A program made the position numbers and the translations under genes. A stretch of DNA of 64,000 bases from Fidelibacterota bacterium. Its GTDB lineage: Bacteria > Fidelibacterota > Fidelibacteria > Fidelibacterales > DSDE01. The notes under the pieces were generated by a model. That model made no database searches, was not told the origin of the DNA, and worked only from the letters and a program-made list of their open reading frames with translations. The stretch lies in the NCBI GenBank assembly GCA_046735395.1, contig JBJKQR010000062.1:86406-150405 (forward strand). Reading direction: 5' to 3'. Positions 57,648-64,000 of this stretch are shown here, piece by piece; positions within the stretch are counted from its first letter, which is position 1, and each line of letters begins with the position of its first letter.

Positions 57648-60600
57648 ATGATAGCAATGACCATCAAATCCAGACCCAGCACGCTGGCAATCCTTATCTT
57701 CATCCTGGCCCTGATTCCCATTCTCAGTCTGATCAATCAGAACGAGAATGACCGGGTCATGGTAGAAATGGCGGAAGCGGAGGCAATTGCCGTAAATCAC
57801 GCAAAGATACTGCATCTCAATCTGGATCATGCTCTCTCCGCGACCCGGGCTCTGGCGTCACTGGTCAGACAGGGAAATGGACAGATCCCCAATTTTAATG
57901 ATATTGCCCGGGAGATGCTGGAACTCTACCCGGGAGTCGCTAATCTTCAGCTCGCAGAACAGGGCAAGGTCAGTAAAATATACCCTCCGACGGGTAAGAA
58001 GATCGCAGCCGGCCACAGCAAATTCAACGATTCACTCCATGCCGCCGAAAGCCGCCTTGCCATGGAAACGGGCGAGATGACGCTGACAGGCCCCTATCCT
58101 CTGGTTCAGAAGGGGACGGGAGCACTGGGCCGGATGCCCATCTATTTAAAAGGGGATCAGGATAAGTTTGTCTTCTGGGGATTTTCCGCGGTTCTCATTG
58201 ATCTGGATCGGCTTCTGGAACAGACAAATATTCGGGCGCTGGAGGCTCAGGGTTACGCTTACCGGCTCTGGAAGGAAGATCCGGAAAACGGACAGAAACA
58301 GACCATTTTTGCATCGGCACAGCGTCCCGGGAATCCGGTTGATGTATCCATACAGATTGCCAATACGGAGTGGACGCTGAGTATTGCGCCGCTGGTTGGC
58401 TGGCATCAGGATTCCATGCTGGTGCTGAGAATTATTTTCGGGGTCCTGCTGGCTGCACTCTTTGCCTTTCTCGTTAAAACACTGGCAGAGCTTCAACTGA
58501 ACAAGCAGCATCTCGAAGACGAGATTCGCCGGCGCACCGGAGACCTGAAGCTGGAAATGGAAGAGAACAGGAAAAATACAGCAGCCCTTCGTGTCAGTGA
58601 ATCCAAATTCCGTCATCTCACGGAAAGCTCTCCGGCCATTATTTACCAGTTCCGGCTTGAAGAGGACGGCAGTCCTTCATTTCAGTATTTTAATGTTGAT
58701 ATCGAACAGGCGCTGGGAATCGAATCACGGGGTGACCGCACTGATACAGAGCTGATCTTTACCGCCCTGCATCCGAATGACAGGCAGGAACTGGTTGAAC
58801 GAATCCGGGAATCGGCGCGGACCATGACACCCTATATCCAGGTTCTGCGCTTCAATGTAAGAGGAACGACGCTGTGGATGGATTCACGATCGGTTCCGGA
58901 AAGACTGGAAGACGGGACGATGATCTGGAACGGCCTGTCCGTCAATGTCACCGCCCTCTTTCTGGCACAGGAAGCACTGCAGAAAAGTGAGGAACGAAAC
59001 CGGGCCTTTCTGGATGCCATTCCGGACATGATGTTCATTATGGACGGCAGCGGCAGGTTCGTAGATTTTTCAGCGGGGATCGACGCACCGGTGGCTGCAG
59101 TTGAAAATTTTATCATGCATAATGTCGCGGAAGTGCTTCCCCCGGATGTAGCCAGCCTGACCATGGAAAAGCTCTCGGAAGTATTTGAGTATCAGGATGT
59201 CCGGATTTTCGAATACAGTCTGGAAACAGAACAGGGACTCCAATGGTTCGAAAGCCGTCTGGCCCCCTGCGGAGACAGCACAGTCATGGCCATCGTTCGC
59301 AACATTACGACAAAAAAATCCGATGAAAAGGAGCTGAATATTCTCTATTCAGCCCTGGACCAGAGTCCCACAGCATTCATTATTACGGATGCGAAAGGCT
59401 TCATCGAATATGTGAATCCCAAATTCAGCAGCATGACGGGATATTCACGCCAGGATGTAATGGGTCTGAAACCAAGCTTCCTCAAGTCCGGTGGCCCGGA
59501 AGATACCATTTATCCCGAGTTGTGGCGCAGCATCACCTCCGGAAAGATCTGGTCGGGAGATCTGCAGAACCGCCGCAAGGACGGCAGCCTGTTCTGGGAA
59601 CGCATCACCATCGGCCCGGTTTTCAGTCCGGACAGGCAGCTGTCCCATTTCGTGGCCACGGCCGAAGATATTGAAAAAACAAAGCTCCTGGAAGAACAGC
59701 TTCGTCAATCACAGAAACTGGAGGAGATCGGACATCTCGCCGGCGGAATTGCTCATGATTTCAATAATATTCTGTCGGCTCAGTACGGCTTCTCCGAAAT
59801 GGCCCTGAAGAATATTCCTCCGGACAGCCGTGCACTCAAGGCCGTACAGCAGATTCAGAAAGCGAATGAACGCGCAGCGAAACTCGTGAAACAGATTCTG
59901 GCTTTCGGCCGAAAACAGATCTATACTCCTGTTTCACTTGATATCAGCCACACGCTGGGCGACCTGTCAAAAATGATGAACCGGCTGATCGGCGAAGATA
60001 TTGAGATTCAGCTCAATTTTCCGTCCAATCCATTGTTCATCAATGCAGATCCCTCTCAAATCGAACAGATTCTCATTAATCTTGCCGTCAACGCGCGCGA
60101 CGCCATTCGCAGAAATAAAAGCACTCACCTCAAACGGGAATTTTCCGTCACCGCCGAGGCAATGACCGTTGACGACAGCGGCTTTCGCTATGAAGACTCT
60201 CCCCTGCCCGGCACCTATGTACTCATGACCTTCAGTGATACCGGGATCGGGATGGACAAAAATACCCTGAAACGGATTTTCGAGCCCTTCTTCACGACCA
60301 AGGAGGTCGGCCAGGGAACCGGCCTGGGCCTGTCCACCGTCTATGGCATCATCAAGCAGAACCGGGGCTATATAACTGTATACAGCGAACCAGGCGCGGG
60401 AACAACCTTCAGAATATACTGGCCAACGTCCGAATCCCTGCCGGCTGAGGATAGAAAACCGTCAGCATCCGTTGTCGAGATAAAGGGACGTGAACGGATT
60501 CTGCTTGCTGAGGATGATACCATGCTCAGAGAAGTGACGGAACAATATCTTACGGACATGGGCTATCGTGTCCTTGCCTGTACAAATGGCCAGGAAGCGC

Positions 60601-60863
60601 TGGAAACAGCCGAAAAACACAAGTATGAATTTGATATCCTGGTGACGGATGTGACCATGCCGAGAATGAGCGGCCGCGATCTGGCCGAACAGCTGCTCCT
60701 GAAGAAGCCGGGCCTGAATGTGCTGCTCTGTTCCGGGTATAACGAGGAAATCAATCAGGATCATACCCGCTTTCCCTTCCTGGTCAAGCCCTTCACCACC
60801 CGGGAACTGGCTGGCAGAATCCGTGAAATAATGGATAAAACGGAATCAATCCCGTCTCATTGA
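57648..60863 (+). CDS. Hybrid sensor histidine kinase/response regulator (extracytoplasmic CHASE-like domain, 3 PAS, HisKA, HATPase, REC)
   Basis: Two TM helices flank a sensor domain of about 220 aa. The PAS cores include one with LFWERITIGPVF. The H-box reads HLAGGIAHDFNNIL. The G-boxes read DTGIGM and GTGLGLS. The C-terminal REC reads LLAEDD...DILVTDVTMP...LVKPF. Confidence 0.9.
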   Translation: MIAMTIKSRPSTLAILIFILALIPILSLINQNENDRVMVEMAEAEAIAVNHAKILHLNLDHALSATRALASLVRQGNGQIPNFNDIAREMLELYPGVANLQLAEQGKVSKIYPPTGKKIAAGHSKFNDSLHAAESRLAMETGEMTLTGPYPLVQKGTGALGRMPIYLKGDQDKFVFWGFSAVLIDLDRLLEQTNIRALEAQGYAYRLWKEDPENGQKQTIFASAQRPGNPVDVSIQIANTEWTLSIAPLVGWHQDSMLVLRIIFGVLLAALFAFLVKTLAELQLNKQHLEDEIRRRTGDLKLEMEENRKNTAALRVSESKFRHLTESSPAIIYQFRLEEDGSPSFQYFNVDIEQALGIESRGDRTDTELIFTALHPNDRQELVERIRESARTMTPYIQVLRFNVRGTTLWMDSRSVPERLEDGTMIWNGLSVNVTALFLAQEALQKSEERNRAFLDAIPDMMFIMDGSGRFVDFSAGIDAPVAAVENFIMHNVAEVLPPDVASLTMEKLSEVFEYQDVRIFEYSLETEQGLQWFESRLAPCGDSTVMAIVRNITTKKSDEKELNILYSALDQSPTAFIITDAKGFIEYVNPKFSSMTGYSRQDVMGLKPSFLKSGGPEDTIYPELWRSITSGKIWSGDLQNRRKDGSLFWERITIGPVFSPDRQLSHFVATAEDIEKTKLLEEQLRQSQKLEEIGHLAGGIAHDFNNILSAQYGFSEMALKNIPPDSRALKAVQQIQKANERAAKLVKQILAFGRKQIYTPVSLDISHTLGDLSKMMNRLIGEDIEIQLNFPSNPLFINADPSQIEQILINLAVNARDAIRRNKSTHLKREFSVTAEAMTVDDSGFRYEDSPLPGTYVLMTFSDTGIGMDKNTLKRIFEPFFTTKEVGQGTGLGLSTVYGIIKQNRGYITVYSEPGAGTTFRIYWPTSESLPAEDRKPSASVVEIKGRERILLAEDDTMLREVTEQYLTDMGYRVLACTNGQEALETAEKHKYEFDILVTDVTMPRMSGRDLAEQLLLKKPGLNVLLCSGYNEEINQDHTRFPFLVKPFTTRELAGRIREIMDKTESIPSH

Positions 60864-60875
60864 CGTCCTTCGCTT

Positions 60876-60901
60876 CTGTCCCGATGGGTCAGGATTTTTT
60901 A
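60876..60901 (+). terminator. Rho-independent terminator
   Basis: CTGTCCC-gat-GGGTCAG (one mismatch) followed by T7. Confidence 0.45.
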
Positions 60902-60945
60902 TTTATAATTGAATCCAATGATAAATTGAAATGCGCATTCGCGGC

Positions 60946-61875
60946 TCAGTCAAGCTTTTTCATGAGATCCGCAACACGCGGTGAATAGACACTCAAATGC
61001 TCCGCGCCCGAATATCCGGCCGGGCCCAGCACGATCCGTGCTTCCTCGTAAACAGCCCCAACCGTCTGAGTATTCAGTTCGTCAGCCAGCTCATCCATCG
61101 TATCAATGCGGTCGGGAGCGAATACGGCCAGTCCCCATTCCTCCCGGTACCAGATAAGCTGTCCGCCCCATTTCTCGATGACATCTCCCGATGCGGCATA
61201 AAAATCCTGCAGCGCCTCAATGGTCCGGCTGTCCCCGTTTTCTTCTGCATATCGCGGGACGTTCTGCATCCGGAAGACGAGAAGGATCCGGGTGACCTCC
61301 TCCATACCGATCACGATCTCGGAGGCATTCCATTCCTTTTTCAGAAGTCCGTAGAGAATTTTGTCATGATAACCATCGGGCCGGAAAACACCGTCACGCA
61401 TCCGCCCCTCAACCCGGAAGCCTGCCGATTTCAGCAGGGAAATACTGGCCCGGTTGTAGTCATATACTTCAGCAGCGATGCGATGATAATTGAAATCGTT
61501 GAAGAGATGATGCAGAAAACTGAAGAGGGCATCCTGTCCGAAACCCTGATTCTGATACTCCGGCAGAATCTGGAAGCCCACATAGCAGTTCAGGTTGTCA
61601 CGGTCGATTTTTCCGGCATGTATCTGGCCCACGGCCAGTTCCGTCACCCGGTCCACAATCACCATGGGATAATAGGCCACCTGAGGCTTCAGAATATATC
61701 CGGTATAAATGGTCTTGAAATATTTGCGTTCAACGGGAATGAACATCCGGTCGTCACTGAAATAGGCAATCTGTTCATCCGCGACCAATCTGAAATACAG
61801 ATCGAGATCGTCGGAACGGGGTTGTCTCAGCAGCACCCTTTCACCGTAGATCCGTATTTCCCGTTCAGCCGGCAT
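60946..61875 (-). CDS. GNAT N-acetyltransferase (RimJ/RimL-like) fused to a C-terminal domain of unknown function (~120 aa)
   Basis: The acetyl-CoA motif QNQGFGQDAL and ...AGFRVEGRMRD are present. A C-terminal extension lies beyond the GNAT fold. Confidence 0.7.
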   Translation of the reverse strand: MPAEREIRIYGERVLLRQPRSDDLDLYFRLVADEQIAYFSDDRMFIPVERKYFKTIYTGYILKPQVAYYPMVIVDRVTELAVGQIHAGKIDRDNLNCYVGFQILPEYQNQGFGQDALFSFLHHLFNDFNYHRIAAEVYDYNRASISLLKSAGFRVEGRMRDGVFRPDGYHDKILYGLLKKEWNASEIVIGMEEVTRILLVFRMQNVPRYAEENGDSRTIEALQDFYAASGDVIEKWGGQLIWYREEWGLAVFAPDRIDTMDELADELNTQTVGAVYEEARIVLGPAGYSGAEHLSVYSPRVADLMKKLD

Positions 61876-61890
61876 GGAAAACCGTCCCTG

Positions 61891-62547
61891 CTAAGTAAAG
61901 AATTTTTGAAAATCCTCGATGGTCAGTGTACTGAAGTCCGCAGCGATAAAATCGGCGTCTTTCAGCCACTCAGGCCCGAGGCTGGTGGTGAGCGCCAGGA
62001 CACGGGCCCCTGCCGCCTTGCCGCTCTTCAGGCCGTTTATGCTGTCCTCCACGACCAGACAGTCCCGGATATCCAGTCCCAGGTCCGCCGCCGCCCTCAG
62101 ATAGGGTTCGGGGTGAGGTTTGGATTCGGTCACTTCATCTGACGTGATCATGATATCATAATCGGGCGTAACATGAGTATTGGCAAAGATCCATTCCATG
62201 ATATCACGCCCCGTAGCCGTCACAATGCCGATACGGTAATTTTTCCGCAGCCGGGGAAACAGATCCTGAAACCCGCTGACATAGTCAAGTTCGCGGCTGA
62301 ATACCTCAAGCAGATTTCGCTCCACTTCCCGCCGGATACGGCTTTCGTCCACATCGGGAAGATACTTTTCCCGGACCAGCTGAAAAAATTTCCGGGCAGG
62401 GAGCCCCTTCATCTGCGCCCATTCCTCTGGCGTGAGCGTAACATTATGCGCATCAAAGAGTTTCTGTTCGACTTTCTGGTACAAATGTTCGCTCAGTGCG
62501 ATCACTCCGTCGAAATCAAACAAAATCGCCCGTTTTTTTTCTGTCAT
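61891..62547 (-). CDS. HAD-superfamily hydrolase (beta-phosphoglucomutase-like subfamily IA)
   Basis: The motifs are DFDGVI (motif I), VTAT (II) and EDSINGLKSGKAAG (IV). Confidence 0.8.
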   Translation of the reverse strand: MTEKKRAILFDFDGVIALSEHLYQKVEQKLFDAHNVTLTPEEWAQMKGLPARKFFQLVREKYLPDVDESRIRREVERNLLEVFSRELDYVSGFQDLFPRLRKNYRIGIVTATGRDIMEWIFANTHVTPDYDIMITSDEVTESKPHPEPYLRAAADLGLDIRDCLVVEDSINGLKSGKAAGARVLALTTSLGPEWLKDADFIAADFSTLTIEDFQKFFT

Positions 62548-62568
62548 GGTGCTGATATGGAAACGGCG

Positions 62569-62796
62569 CTATTTGACCTGTTTGGACTTATACATGATGG
62601 ACAGGGGCAGCACGACCACATAACCCAGCGCAAGCAGGATGGGAGCCACAACCAGAGACATGAAATCATAGGTTGCGCCTACCGACAGCGCCACATAGCC
62701 CAGAAGGATCGTGATGATTCCCCCGATGAACAGGTACAGGTTTTCGCGGGTCAGGCCCATTCCCTGCAGCAAATTTGTGTTGGATGTATTTTTCAT
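62569..62796 (-). CDS. Small two-TM membrane protein (DUF3098-like)
   Basis: 75 aa with two hydrophobic helices and a basic tail. The family assignment is from memory only. Confidence 0.4.
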   Translation of the reverse strand: MKNTSNTNLLQGMGLTRENLYLFIGGIITILLGYVALSVGATYDFMSLVVAPILLALGYVVVLPLSIMYKSKQVK

Positions 62797-63064
62797 GAGC
62801 GGATTTTAGATATATTTCTGAAGGAATTCAAGAGCAAATTATGGATGATGGCAGGCACAGTGAATTTGTATTTTTCAGTGGGGGAAAGCCTTTTTACCGG
62901 GGCGAAGTGAAATGAAGCCCGGCCCCCTATACGGAGCACGGCTCCGTCACACCCCCTTCTGCGGGGGACACCCCCGCAACGCCCCCGGTCCCTCCCGTGA
63001 AAAATTAAGCAACGCCGGTTTATGCAGACCTTCTATGTCTCAACCATTTTGCTTCATCATTCTT

Positions 63065-63319
63065 TTACGGTTTCGCCGTCTCATTGTCCCGGATGGAACG
63101 CAGAAGATGCTCCAGGCCATTTGCCTTGATATCCAGCATCATGGCCATCTGCTGCCCCAGTTCACCCTTCGGAAAGCCTTTTTTCGCGAACCAGATAAAA
63201 TATTCCTCGGGAATTTCTGAAAGGTATCGTTTTGCGAAACGTCCGAAGGGCATGCGGGCATGGGCAAGTTTCAGAAGGATTTCCTGATCCGGGCTGAGTG
63301 AGTCTGTCGCGGATTCCAC
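63065..63319 (-). CDS. DUF3820-family small protein
   Basis: MPFGRFAKRYLSEIPEEYFIWFAKKGFPKGELGQQMAMMLDIKANGLEHL matches the DUF3820 pattern (MPFGKYKG..L.DLPE.YL.WF...GFP.G.LG). The proposed GTG start forms a TAGTG overlap with the upstream stop. Confidence 0.6.
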   Translation of the reverse strand: MESATDSLSPDQEILLKLAHARMPFGRFAKRYLSEIPEEYFIWFAKKGFPKGELGQQMAMMLDIKANGLEHLLRSIRDNETAKP

Positions 63320-63732
63320 TATTCGGCTGCCTGCGTTTTCTCTTCCGGAAGCAGGGCCGCCGCGAGAAGCAGGATAAACAGCAGGCTGTGAATGACCGCC
63401 GGCCCGAAGACAGGATCGGCCAGAACGACACCGGTGCATCCGAAAGCTGTGCGCAGGCTGTCAAATCCCGCCAGCAGATTATAGAGAGCTCCGGCGGCCG
63501 CCACATAGCGCAGCAGGCGGCTCTGGGCCGCATAACGAATGATGAGCAGCACCAGCAGAGCCATACTGAGATTGCTGTACACGGCCAGCCGCAGACACAG
63601 CTGAGCCAGGGCACTCCCACCGATATTGGCAAAGACCGCCTGCGGGGCAAAGCCGAAACCCAGCACCCCGCCGACAATCTGAATGATGAGTCCGATGAGT
63701 ACGGCAATATAGCGAAAGCGTTCACGTGTCAT
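63319..63732 (-). CDS. Hypothetical four-TM membrane protein
   Basis: The ATG at 63732 lies 5 nt after GGAAAGGA. There are four hydrophobic helices and no recognisable motif. Confidence 0.45.
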   Translation of the reverse strand: MTRERFRYIAVLIGLIIQIVGGVLGFGFAPQAVFANIGGSALAQLCLRLAVYSNLSMALLVLLIIRYAAQSRLLRYVAAAGALYNLLAGFDSLRTAFGCTGVVLADPVFGPAVIHSLLFILLLAAALLPEEKTQAAE

Positions 63733-63828
63733 AGTATTCCTTTCCAAATGGTTTGTTTCACGGTTCGCGGTGTTGGTTCCGAACACCGGCACGTTCAGGA
63801 TCTGAAATGTGGTGGTTGTTCTCAGACC

Positions 63829-64000
63829 TTAATGATCCGGGCTTCTTCCAGAACTGATTTTATCAATGCTTCCTTTCGGATGAGAAGTGGCTTCCCGTAG
63901 TGCCGCATTTATCAGAGTTCGATAGCCCATTCTTTTCTTCTCAGATAATTTTTTGTAAAATTCAATGAAATCCTCATCTCATCTTTATCGGTGTTAATAT
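63829..64000 (-). pseudogene. Possible frameshifted or split ribbon-helix-helix antitoxin-like gene (BrnA/DUF4415-like), truncated by the window edge
   Basis: Frame A reads ...DEMRISLNFTKNYLRRKEWAIEL* (stop at 63912-63914). Frame B, overlapping it, reads MGYRTLINAALREATSH... (63930 down to 63829). Joined across the AGAAGAAAAGAA tract, they resemble the ...L....GxGYQTxINaaLRe C-terminus. Confidence 0.2.

Overview
Gene-dense 64 kb chromosomal segment, moderately GC-rich, with about 55 CDS and one SRP RNA. I saw no rRNA, tRNA, CRISPR array, transposase, integrase or phage genes. Several features point to a member or relative of the Fibrobacteres-Chlorobi-Bacteroidetes (FCB) superphylum: rplM-rpsI-rpsB-tsf synteny, a receiver-less sigma-54 activator followed by an LptE-like lipoprotein, T9SS-type C-terminal sorting domains, a PorV/PorQ-like barrel and a CarboxypepD_reg TonB-dependent receptor. 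Unlike classical Bacteroidetes, Shine-Dalgarno sites and at least one near-consensus sigma-70 promoter are visible. The housekeeping backbone comprises rplM-rpsI-rpsB-tsf-frr, mutL-miaA, uvrB-purD, asnS, nadE, gap, pgsA-pgpA-cinA-thpR-recA-recX, and ffs-dnaX-ybaB-recR. The regions worth a second look are listed here. (1) A tight four-gene outer-membrane operon at 18.6-26.2 kb: a TonB-dependent receptor, two T9SS-CTD cargo proteins and an in-cluster PorV-like barrel. (2) A lysine-2,3-aminomutase / Na-solute symporter / beta-lysine acetyltransferase operon sitting behind a sigma-54 activator with a degenerate receiver domain and a palindrome-rich AT-rich leader. (3) A membrane pyrophosphatase carrying a roughly 120-140 aa insertion in its last cytoplasmic loop. 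(4) An A10 slippery run in dnaX at the position where E. coli makes gamma, with near-immediate stops in both alternative frames. (5) A MutL whose endonuclease metal-binding motifs are all substituted. (6) A Cys-less rhodanese-like protein whose only cysteine is its last residue, translationally coupled to a YeeE-type transporter. All functional calls rest on motif recognition by eye; no database search was possible.
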